Position numbers and translations under genes: made by a program. From contig JAGCNQ010000086.1 of assembly GCA_017645845.1 (NCBI GenBank), positions 1 through 43,687 on the forward strand: a stretch of 43,687 nucleotides of DNA, written 5' to 3'. Below the pieces are notes generated by a model. It made no database searches, was not told where the DNA came from, and worked only from the letters and a program-made list of their open reading frames with translations. The first letter of the stretch is position 1, and the number at the start of each line of letters is the position of its first letter. Shown here in pieces: positions 17,901 to 23,753 of this stretch. The DNA is from Bacteroidaceae bacterium. GTDB lineage: Bacteria > Bacteroidota > Bacteroidia > Bacteroidales > Bacteroidaceae.

Positions 17901-19099
17901 ATGTCGTTTATCTGATGGCTTTGGGCGAACGCCGTTTCACCAATCCTGGTTACACCTTCCTCGAAGATGAGGGTCTGAATCTCATCCCTGTACTCATGCC
18001 AGGGCGCATCATTCACCCCACCGTAGTCGCTCATCTCACCGCCACCGGCTGTGGGACTAACGGTGAGTGTGGTGCCCTCCAGACGGCAGACAGTCGTACC
18101 GCTCGTCCATTCCACCGTGGCCTCCTCCTGAGTGATGTTGACATCCTCCTCGCCCATCGTCAGGCTATATTGGCCATCGGAGGCTGTCAGAACCTGTCCG
18201 TTGGCCATTATCATTGAACGCGACGTGATGGTATTGCCTTCCACAGAGAAAGTCACCGTCTCGCCCTTGACAGCCAGACGGTTTCCGGTGTAAGAGAATC
18301 CGTTCTCGTAAGCAATGATTTTCGATACGGTGTAGTTCGCAATCGGTGTCCCATAGTTAAGAGTGGCTCCGAGAATGTGATTGTCGATATAGAAGGCGGG
18401 CTGCGTACCGACGATGGGGCGTCCGGCATCCACATACAAGCTGTGCTGCACGACGCACGTCTCGTCCTTGGAGCCCACGATGCCGTACCCTTCAGTTTCA
18501 CCCTCTATCTTTGCGAGGCTGGAGCATCCCAGCACCTTGGCACCGTTCTTCAGCAGTCCGGCCACATGACCCACACGTGCTTCGCCCTGCAGCCTCACGC
18601 TCGACTCTATGCGGCAGTCGGCAATTGTGGCATTCTCTGCAGCGCCGGCAATGCTGCCCACGTGCTCGTTGCTTGTAAAGGCACTGTTCACCATCAGCAC
18701 ATCTTCCACGCTGCCGCCGCTGACGTATCCGAACAGGCCAGCATAGTCGCAGCCTTCCTTTGGGGGATGCACGCCACTGATGGAATAGCCATCGCCGTTG
18801 AAGCTTCCCCGGAACGGATGCTCCGTTGTTCCGATGGGAGTCCATTCGTTTCGGTACAGGTTGAGGTGAGCCTTCAGCGTAATCGTCTTGTTCTTGAAGT
18901 CATACCCCTGACCCACCATGTAGGCGAACTTAGCCAGATCACTCTCATTGTTGATGTCGTAGCTGTTTCTCGAGTCGTAGTCGTTACCCCAGCTTTGGCT
19001 CTGGTAGTTTTTGTCGCTCCAGCTGCCGCTTTGGGCCATCGCCAGTCCCGAAGACAGAACGAGCGACATCGCCATTATACATAGAATTCTTCTTCTCAT
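11990..19099 (-). CDS. giant (2369 aa) T9SS-secreted surface protein: GLUG-like domain, BspA-type LRRs, 4-5 copies of an unnamed about 150-aa module, DUF285/BspA-like 26-aa repeats, T9SS CTD
   Basis: Signal peptide MRRRILCIMAMSLVLSSGLAMAQ. The start was set at the ATG at 19099 because the -7 box at 19137-19144 lies inside the longer ORF. HPFRGSFNGDGYSISG...GLFGYVSGGSVEDV resembles GLUG. The repeats FDTSNVTDMRYMFSGC / FDTRSVTNMRYMFFQC / FNTTQVTNMNGMFKNC / FDTGNVTNVRMMFEND (about nt 13007-13550) are DUF285/BspA-like. The tail HQYYDLSGRKLPGKPQKGIYIDNGVKRIKK is a T9SS CTD. Confidence 0.85.
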   Translation of the reverse strand: MRRRILCIMAMSLVLSSGLAMAQSGSWSDKNYQSQSWGNDYDSRNSYDINNESDLAKFAYMVGQGYDFKNKTITLKAHLNLYRNEWTPIGTTEHPFRGSFNGDGYSISGVHPPKEGCDYAGLFGYVSGGSVEDVLMVNSAFTSNEHVGSIAGAAENATIADCRIESSVRLQGEARVGHVAGLLKNGAKVLGCSSLAKIEGETEGYGIVGSKDETCVVQHSLYVDAGRPIVGTQPAFYIDNHILGATLNYGTPIANYTVSKIIAYENGFSYTGNRLAVKGETVTFSVEGNTITSRSMIMANGQVLTASDGQYSLTMGEEDVNITQEEATVEWTSGTTVCRLEGTTLTVSPTAGGGEMSDYGGVNDAPWHEYRDEIQTLIFEEGVTRIGETAFAQSHQINDITIPLSMTSIGKNAFLDANANDVYCYPTAGKLQVGENRFGNKPRWHVFSDQLEGYKGKSDKLPADFVGDLSSLTLNANGDNSAWLEAADGSVCDVTLQGLKLVREGFTLCVPFTINNIYVTPLAGAEIHEIANIQVMDREMRLRIGPAVSKIEAGKLYYGLWNTPGGDLQSPVFHDVTVSAAAPEQKVYPACTLQGLYSASTIEDMYTTEVHGPSFSETKGREHAAFQACILSQEMFERFNFVSGDYIIHVTQTGKPEWWPDVEVWNGNKCLALDDVVSRGSILTFFATVGVGYDLEWYVDGVKQNNTTSSLSLIVGKNTQVEARYIEHKKLTFRGSPLVRYADSKGVVSITQNYYNYDYIKQKAFANTVQSWTGSNGKTYLVDNLLQDNKVTTETLTEDVEMVPVTALNEEDMGDNTVTVTWRFDLPDSMALFRNQHGADARFPYVMPTEFASYYIDVAMTIDATKGLITNDLRKAEGNTFVGKGTKMTVPAKYGATYKLLTTKRLSNVRIAGSKDFIYSKVGNNCLATMHYYRTDLDSVVVEIGEDMELIYLEASYPGGDNELMIRPTVNKAESTITTQSKVGESGCLLYNLSDVENRGNLKVTPSVHATGTSLIEMPAQFDEDRYMCVTFEVKEGYSFKPKTTNLYTMPVNTGTKANVRLMLIDERGNKADTIFQNVPQNVMKLDTLKPKAPSKAEELCLYGKVELRIYVYGTSGNYRLGDSITIGGELCQSIQFPEGQTYVPRLITSPIDFDGIGLLNIQALEVVNANEDTQLVTMTALEECPMGNVMLLKSDTPGALYNIPLTRPDDSYIAGQGILQVSDGTVIGTKHHYVFGMRNGVYGFFMAAIGDPIAEGDVYFYHNGLKDLLAYYLNPSDVPPTVDDVILFADGDNNGTIQSYHGRVVNSVTLGGRTFYKDGRMNLVTLPFNILGRDIKKSPLKNATIFEFDPEYTSFDAATGQLNLAFENAYEIEAGKPYLVSWNKGEDIPNPTFENVTFFDNSLVEETSSDGHVTFHPSYASLDLRNSDKMLMTIRNSMGADSCIHAMKAYFTLEATSVGVTDVEVDISMDNPSEYMEVDDEYASYSVLYNKIVDFEDVTLARYTGEGGIVEVADSITVNIDGDEVPLAVRSVDANAFSSVGHEITALDMTRCLGLKPLTIDRTTPDTPFFGLNEGAIVYLPAGKAQPADNVVSGGICNKLILDDRYGFAPLYDFTAQQVVLNRTTTAANGWQALCLPFEMTAQMAEKWSGELLEFAGAKKENGTLTLFCNESEAAPAGKPAIIRWTNGAPDEMTFSDIDITTAKADSADYNGVALYGSYMPVTLSESDQAKLFVADSRAESYILPGFQAYFVMDNEVTDDFSSVCVNYTDGTDYDAIEPLTGYFDVAYAFWCEDTKTLHFTVPESRVNVGDSYDGQAVTMLWKGADVLMTGADSPGWKQVNSQVEHVVFHESFGRVRPTSCYGWFRNFRNLTDIDGLHNLRTSEVTTMVSMFASCSSLKEIILGFFDTSNVTDMRYMFSGCTALEWLNPYGWQTSQVTNMEYMFSNCANLQELNIDSFDTRSVTNMRYMFFQCRNLADIDVSNFNTTQVTNMNGMFKNCQSLKDLNLTSFDTGNVTNVRMMFENDYALTTITVGEGWTMDKVETSAYMFNHASSLVGQNGTRYDYNTNSASYAHVDGGIDNPGLLWGIADVSLTDLADNSETLNRYGGHMVNVAYDRQFAANDNGDGTWTSCAFTVCLPYTKDLWEQFDAGQIRLYQLAAVNEDLEFVFIGDAPVINAGTPCLLVVENGSLNLNADNVKMLAHPNEHVEESIVSSSLETWGEPDDLVGWWRGTFRVIDNDESTQMHAFGLSTKDGKWKPFNNDTESHRASYIPQFRSYFVPLEYKGPYAYETKFKYLPAGEDVVNPDWEKLPDEYVGDINEDGTGINPVIHTIDGDGTHQYYDLSGRKLPGKPQKGIYIDNGVKRIKK

Positions 19100-19136
19100 A
19101 AAACTGATTTTATTTATATTATTTATATTTTGCTCG

Positions 19137-19144
19137 CAAATATA
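19137..19144 (-). promoter_or_regulatory. -7 promoter box (TATATTTG on minus strand) for the giant gene
   Basis: caaatata in tgctcgcaaatatacgcaaattt, 38 nt upstream of the ATG at 19099. Confidence 0.55.
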
Positions 19145-19392
19145 CGCAAATTTCATGGAAAAATAATATCATCTTTGAAAAAAAAAGAAAAGCATCATTT
19201 TCTTTCAACACATCCACGCAAAAACGCCATCAGCAGCACGAAGTTTGAAAGCGTTACAATTGTAACAGTTTTGTTTCAAAGCGTGAATAGCAAGGTGGGG
19301 GACAATTGTCCCCCACCCTTTTCGGGAGAAGGTCACAAAAAGGGTCTGATTTTACCTCTTAAACATTTTAACATTTATTTTTGGCGTTTTCG

Positions 19393-19423
19393 TTTGTAGA
19401 GTCAGAAAAAAAGTGTATCTTTG
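19393..19423 (+). promoter_or_regulatory. complete Bacteroidota promoter (-33 TTTG, -7 TATCTTTG) for the 19544 gene
   Basis: TTTG at 19393-19396 and TATCTTTG at 19416-19423, separated by a 19-nt spacer. This predicts a 5' UTR of about 115 nt. Confidence 0.6.
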
Positions 19424-19468
19424 ACCTTCGGACGGGAGTGCCGCCGCCCGGCAGGGAGCAAAACCGAT

Positions 19469-19508
19469 GAAAATTAAAAAATTAAAAAATTGAAAAATTA
19501 TAAAATTA
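19469..19508. repeat. tandem 8-mer word array (GAAAATTA AAAAATTA AAAAATTG AAAAATTA TAAAATTA)
   Basis: Read directly from the sequence. It lies inside the predicted 5' UTR of the 19544 gene. Confidence 0.7.
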
Positions 19509-19543
19509 AATTGAAGCCTTTTCACTCTTTATATATCTGACTT

Positions 19544-19807
19544 ATGAAACGCAAAGACCTGAAAAAACACATCAACTATCTCTGCGGCGAACTGCTGGCA
19601 GAATGTATCGCTGCTGACGGATTCAGCAAGAAGGATAACAGGCAGGACATTGAGAATGTCATGCTCGGCATCCTCAGGATGCAGAACGACTGGATCTGCC
19701 GCCTCTCGCATGTGGAACCCGGCAGCACCCGCCTGTTCTTCAAGAAACTGAAGGAAGACATGCAGAAGGGAACCGATGAGATTATCGAACAGATACAAAA
19801 CCTTTGA
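19544..19807 (+). CDS. small conserved-looking helical hypothetical protein (87 aa)
   Basis: The ORF has genome-typical C/G third positions and a charged helical composition. The opposite-strand ORFs (19529-19798, 19576-19761) look like shadows. Confidence 0.6.
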   Translation: MKRKDLKKHINYLCGELLAECIAADGFSKKDNRQDIENVMLGILRMQNDWICRLSHVEPGSTRLFFKKLKEDMQKGTDEIIEQIQNL

Positions 19808-19848
19808 AAAGTTGAAAAGTTGAAAAGTTAAAAAGTAAAAAAATAAAA
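19806..19848. repeat. tandem 8-mer word array (GAAAAGTT x3, decaying to AAAAAGT AAAAAAAT AAAA)
   Basis: Read directly from the sequence. It fills the whole spacer between the 19807 stop and the ATG at 19849. Confidence 0.7.
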
Positions 19849-20400
19849 ATGAAGCCTTTTCACTCTTTTAGCAATTGGCTTCTCTTCAGCCGGTTCCATT
19901 TCACGGAAACCGTGACTGAGCCAATGCCGGAAAAGTGCATCATAGCCCTTGCCCCGCATACGAGCAACTGGGACTTCATCATCGGCAACCTGTACAGCAG
20001 GGCACGGAACTTCCACTGTGATTTCCTGATGAAGAAGGAGTGGTTCTTCTGGCCGATGGGCATCCTGATGCGAAGGCTGGGCGGCATTCCCGTTTACCGC
20101 AGCAAACAGATGCACTCGACCGACCTGATAGCGGAACAGGCCCGGCAGGCCGAGAAGTTCCGTCTGTGCATCACCCCCGAAGGTACCCGTAAGGCCCAGT
20201 CCGAATGGAAGAAGGGCTTTTACTATATTGCTCTGAAAGCCGAGATTCCCATCCTGCTCTACGGCCTGGACTATGCCGAGCGGAGAATCGTCTGCACCAA
20301 GACTATCATCCCCAATGGCGACATCGAGACGCAGATGCGGGAAATCAAGGAATACTATTCGGACTTCAAGGGACTGCACCCCGAAAAATTCATTAATTAA
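19849..20400 (+). CDS. lysophospholipid/glycerol-3-phosphate acyltransferase family protein (HxxxxD)
   Basis: 183 aa. APHTSNWDF (H-x4-D catalytic motif) and ITPEGTR (substrate-binding block) are typical of the PlsC-like superfamily. Confidence 0.75.
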   Translation: MKPFHSFSNWLLFSRFHFTETVTEPMPEKCIIALAPHTSNWDFIIGNLYSRARNFHCDFLMKKEWFFWPMGILMRRLGGIPVYRSKQMHSTDLIAEQARQAEKFRLCITPEGTRKAQSEWKKGFYYIALKAEIPILLYGLDYAERRIVCTKTIIPNGDIETQMREIKEYYSDFKGLHPEKFIN

Positions 20401-20401
20401 A

Positions 20402-20433
20402 AGATTATGAAATTATAAGATTATAAAATTATA
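20402..20433. repeat. tandem 8-mer word array (AGATTATG AAATTATA AGATTATA AAATTATA)
   Basis: Read directly from the sequence, in the spacer upstream of the 20476 gene. Confidence 0.7.
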
Positions 20434-20475
20434 AAATGAAGATTTTTCACCTTTTTACTCTTTAGCACTTGGCTT

Positions 20476-23415
20476 ATGAAACGCATATATTCCCTCCTTT
20501 TTATTCTATGTCTTAATACGCTGTTGTCTGTTGTCCGTTGTCCGCTGTCTGTTCTACAGGCCCAGAACAATGGCATAGACAACCTGCGCGAGTATTTCGC
20601 CGGATATACGAATCCCAGTTTCCCTGACCTCGCCATGATTAATGTCGAGGACATCCAGACGGATGCTGTGGAGAAACGCGTGACGGTGGTTCTGAGTGAC
20701 AACTTCATCGGGCAACCCCTGACGCCACTCATCGTGGGCAACATCTACGCGGATGTCAAGCGCCTCTTGCCGGCTACCTTCAGCAACTACCAACTGACTA
20801 TCATTGCCAAAAACACGCCCATCGAGCAACTGATACCGACAAGTATGATGGACAGGCCCGACCCTTCGCGCGTCTATAAGAACGAGCTGTACAAGGGCAA
20901 TGCGTGGGTGACTCCGCTCAGCCGTCCCTATACCTTCAAGAAGGGCTTGCTGGGCAGGCATCTCGGCGTCTGCCAGAGTCACGGCAAATACTTCAGCTTC
21001 GACAAGCAGGAATGGAGATGGCAGCGTCCAAGGCTCTTCTGCACCACAGAGGACCTCTTCACGCAGACGATGGTTGTGCCCTACCTGATTCCGATGCTCG
21101 AGAATGCGGGTGCTGTGGTATTCACTCCGCGTGAACGTGACTGGCAGAAGAAGGAAATCATCGTGGATAACGACGTTATCACGGACGGCAGCCGCTACGA
21201 GGAGCGTGTCAGCAGATTCCACTGGCAATTCGGCGGTACGGGCTTTGCCAACCCCCGAGAGGGCTACGAGAACGGCGAGAACCCCTTCCGCATGGGAACC
21301 TTCCAAATCACTGAAGCGACACAGAACAGAAAAATGACGAGCGATGTTGTCTGGATACCGGAGGTGCTCGTCGAGGACGACTATGCTGTCTATGTCTCCT
21401 ACCAGACAGTATCGGGCAGCATCCCAGATGCCAACTATACCGTCATGCATGGCGGCATTGCCACAGACTTCCGCGTCAACCAGCAGATGGGCGGCGGGAC
21501 ATGGGTCTATCTCGGCACCTTCCACTTCACTAAGGGGAAGAGTGAGGCCAACTGCGTGAAGCTCTCCAACCTAAGCAATCACAAGGGAGTGGTGACTGCA
21601 GATGCTGTTCGCTTTGGAGGCGGAATGGGCAACATCGTCCGGGGTGACACGACAATGGTTCTGCCTATCAGCAGCGATCTGCCCCGTTGCCTGGAGGCCG
21701 CCCGCTACTCCGCACAATGGTACGGAATGCCCGACAGCGTCTATTCTCCCCGAGGCAACGACGACGGCAAGGATGACGTGAATACGCGACCCTTTGCAGA
21801 AAACTACGTGGCAAGGGGCAGTAACTATCTGCCTGGCGAAGGTGGCCTGTGCGTGCCCATCGAACTCTATATGGCTGTTCACAGCGATGCCGGCTTCCGT
21901 ACCGACAATTCCCTGGTAGGTTCACTTGGCATCTATTCAACAGATTTCTATGACGGCATCACGGGAACGGGGCTTTCCAGACTGGTGAGCCGCGACCTTG
22001 CCGACCTGGTGATGACACAAATCAGCACGGACATGACCCGGGAACTGGGTGTATGGAACCGTCGCGCACTGTACGACCGCAACTACGGCGAGACACGCGA
22101 CCCTCAGTTCCCTGCCATCATCATAGAAACACTCAGCCATCAGAACTGGGCTGACATGTGCATCGGGCACGACCCTTGGTTCAAGTTCCTCATTTCGCGC
22201 TCAATCTATAAGGCCATTCTTCGCTTCATCACTACGATTCACGGCGAAAAGGACTACGTCGTGCAACCCCTGCCGGTAGCCGGGCTTGCAGCCGAGGCGA
22301 ACAGCGAGAGGAACGATATTACCGTGCGCTGGACACCAAGGACGGACATCGGAGAACCGACGGCAACTCCAACCGGCTACGTTGTCTATACAAAGCAGGC
22401 TGGCGGCGACTTTGACAACGGACATTATCTGAGTGGGAATGACTGCTACTACCGGATGCCAGCCACTCCCGGAGTCCTTTACAGCTTCCGCGTGGCAGCC
22501 GTCAACGAAGGCGGTGCAAGTCTGTTGAGCGATGAGGTGTGTGCCGCAATCTCCAGAACTCCCAATTCCCCTTCCATCCTCCTGGTTGATGCGTTCCAGA
22601 GGCTGGCCGGTCCGTTACCTTTCGACAACGAGACAACGGGTGGCTTCGACTTCGACCAAGACCCGGGAGTGATTGATGTGAAATCACCCGGCTACTGCGG
22701 CCGTCAGCTGAGCTTCGACAAGAGTCAATATGGCAAGGAGACAGGCGAGGGCTTTGGCGTAAGCGGTGACGAACTGGAAGGGATGATTCTGGCCGGCAAT
22801 ACGCATGACTACAGCGTACGCAATGCTGCGGACATCCTGGCAAAGCATCCAGACTGCAACATCAGCAGCACCACACCGATACAGCTTGCCAGCCTTGACC
22901 TACGAAGCTACCGCGTCGCAGACTTCATCCTCGGTGCCCAGAAGGATGACGGCTACTCACTCACCCGTCGCAAAGCCTTTACACCCGAGATGTACACTGC
23001 CATTTCCCAGTTATCACTTCAAGGCACGTCGATTATGGTGAGCGGAGCATTCATCGGAAGCGACGTACTGTCTCCCGAAGCAAAGAATTTCATAGCGGAA
23101 AAGCTGAAGTACCGTTTCGTGACAAAGGTTCCGACTGACAGCATCTGCACCGTTCAGGGTCTGAACAACACAGCCACCATCTGGAGCAGACCCAGCGAAG
23201 AGAACTATTGGGTACGAAGCACGGATGTCATCGAGGCTGTCGGCGGAGCTTTCAGCGCAATGAAATATACAGCCGGAAACTATTCTGCCGCCATTGCTTA
23301 TCCAGGTCCCGGATATCGCGTCTTAGCATTCGGTTTCCCCTTGGAATGCATCACCGACGAAGAAACCCGACGCAACATCTTCAATATTTCCATCGACTTC
23401 CTGTTAGGAAAATAA
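20476..23415 (+). CDS. large secreted protein with Amidase_3 (MurNAc-LAA)-like core and FN3 domain; specific function unknown
   Basis: 979 aa with signal peptide MKRIYSLLFILCLNTLLSV. MAVHSDAG...IIIETLSHQN resembles the zinc-ligand blocks of the amidase_3 fold. ITVRWTP...YSFRVAAVNEGGAS is FN3-like. I recall homologues sometimes being annotated as xanthan lyase, but this is unverified. Confidence 0.65.
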   Translation: MKRIYSLLFILCLNTLLSVVRCPLSVLQAQNNGIDNLREYFAGYTNPSFPDLAMINVEDIQTDAVEKRVTVVLSDNFIGQPLTPLIVGNIYADVKRLLPATFSNYQLTIIAKNTPIEQLIPTSMMDRPDPSRVYKNELYKGNAWVTPLSRPYTFKKGLLGRHLGVCQSHGKYFSFDKQEWRWQRPRLFCTTEDLFTQTMVVPYLIPMLENAGAVVFTPRERDWQKKEIIVDNDVITDGSRYEERVSRFHWQFGGTGFANPREGYENGENPFRMGTFQITEATQNRKMTSDVVWIPEVLVEDDYAVYVSYQTVSGSIPDANYTVMHGGIATDFRVNQQMGGGTWVYLGTFHFTKGKSEANCVKLSNLSNHKGVVTADAVRFGGGMGNIVRGDTTMVLPISSDLPRCLEAARYSAQWYGMPDSVYSPRGNDDGKDDVNTRPFAENYVARGSNYLPGEGGLCVPIELYMAVHSDAGFRTDNSLVGSLGIYSTDFYDGITGTGLSRLVSRDLADLVMTQISTDMTRELGVWNRRALYDRNYGETRDPQFPAIIIETLSHQNWADMCIGHDPWFKFLISRSIYKAILRFITTIHGEKDYVVQPLPVAGLAAEANSERNDITVRWTPRTDIGEPTATPTGYVVYTKQAGGDFDNGHYLSGNDCYYRMPATPGVLYSFRVAAVNEGGASLLSDEVCAAISRTPNSPSILLVDAFQRLAGPLPFDNETTGGFDFDQDPGVIDVKSPGYCGRQLSFDKSQYGKETGEGFGVSGDELEGMILAGNTHDYSVRNAADILAKHPDCNISSTTPIQLASLDLRSYRVADFILGAQKDDGYSLTRRKAFTPEMYTAISQLSLQGTSIMVSGAFIGSDVLSPEAKNFIAEKLKYRFVTKVPTDSICTVQGLNNTATIWSRPSEENYWVRSTDVIEAVGGAFSAMKYTAGNYSAAIAYPGPGYRVLAFGFPLECITDEETRRNIFNISIDFLLGK

Positions 23416-23425
23416 AGCCCCCTCC

Positions 23426-23460
23426 AATTCTTAATTCTTAACTCTTAATTCTTAATTCCC
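23426..23460. repeat. tandem 7-mer word array (AATTCTT AATTCTT AACTCTT AATTCTT AATTCCC)
   Basis: Read directly from the sequence, just after the 23415 stop. Confidence 0.7.
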
Positions 23461-23483
23461 TCGTGTATACCATCCTCTGCAAT

Positions 23484-23753
23484 ATGAAGGGCTCCCGCAA
23501 GCTCACGGTTACTGAAGCCCATCTGAATACCATCGACAAATATGCCCTCTTCTCCGACCTGCTCGACAGCAACGGCATCGTTGAGGAAGGCGTCCTTGAA
23601 AAGCTGCGTCTGAATGTTCGCTCCCTGCTTTCTGCCGGAGAGCCTGACCCACAGTTGCTCGACTTCTGCGAACACATCCTTTTCCACAGCGACATGAAGG
23701 CCTTCGGTCTGCATCAACTCATCTTGCTCTATATTGACTGGAAAAAGGAATAA
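23484..23753 (+). CDS. hypothetical small protein (89 aa from the ATG; 96 aa if the GTG at 23463 is used)
   Basis: The plus-strand frame has strongly C/G-biased third positions like its neighbours. The overlapping minus-strand 111-aa ORF has shadow-like V/G/E-rich composition. It overlaps the ygiQ TTG start by 20 nt. Confidence 0.4.
   Translation: MKGSRKLTVTEAHLNTIDKYALFSDLLDSNGIVEEGVLEKLRLNVRSLLSAGEPDPQLLDFCEHILFHSDMKAFGLHQLILLYIDWKKE

Noticed and set aside
12077-19084. A series of long plus-strand ORFs (12077-13636, 15311-16381, 16589-17650, 18377-19084 and others).
   Set aside because: All are antisense to the giant surface-protein ORF, which is continuous for 2388 codons and carries recognisable domains. 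The antisense translations are V/G/H/A-rich with no motifs.
19100-19156. Longer N-terminal extensions offered by the ORF track for the giant gene (19156). The same applies to 10261, 28603, 35109 and 37411.
   Set aside because: For the giant gene and the ORFs ending at 10261 and 28603, an exact TAnnTTTG -7 box lies inside the extension. For 37411, a near-match -7-like box (TTACTTTG) contains the TTG. For 35109, the extension was dropped because the motif-supported methionine is at 35088, and no promoter box was identified there. In all cases the signal peptide or conserved N-terminus begins at the downstream start codon, so the shorter models were used.
20554-21525. 323-aa minus-strand ORF, plus several of 70-110 aa up to 22843.
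   Set aside because: These are shadow ORFs opposite the 979-aa secreted protein gene and contain no recognisable motif.
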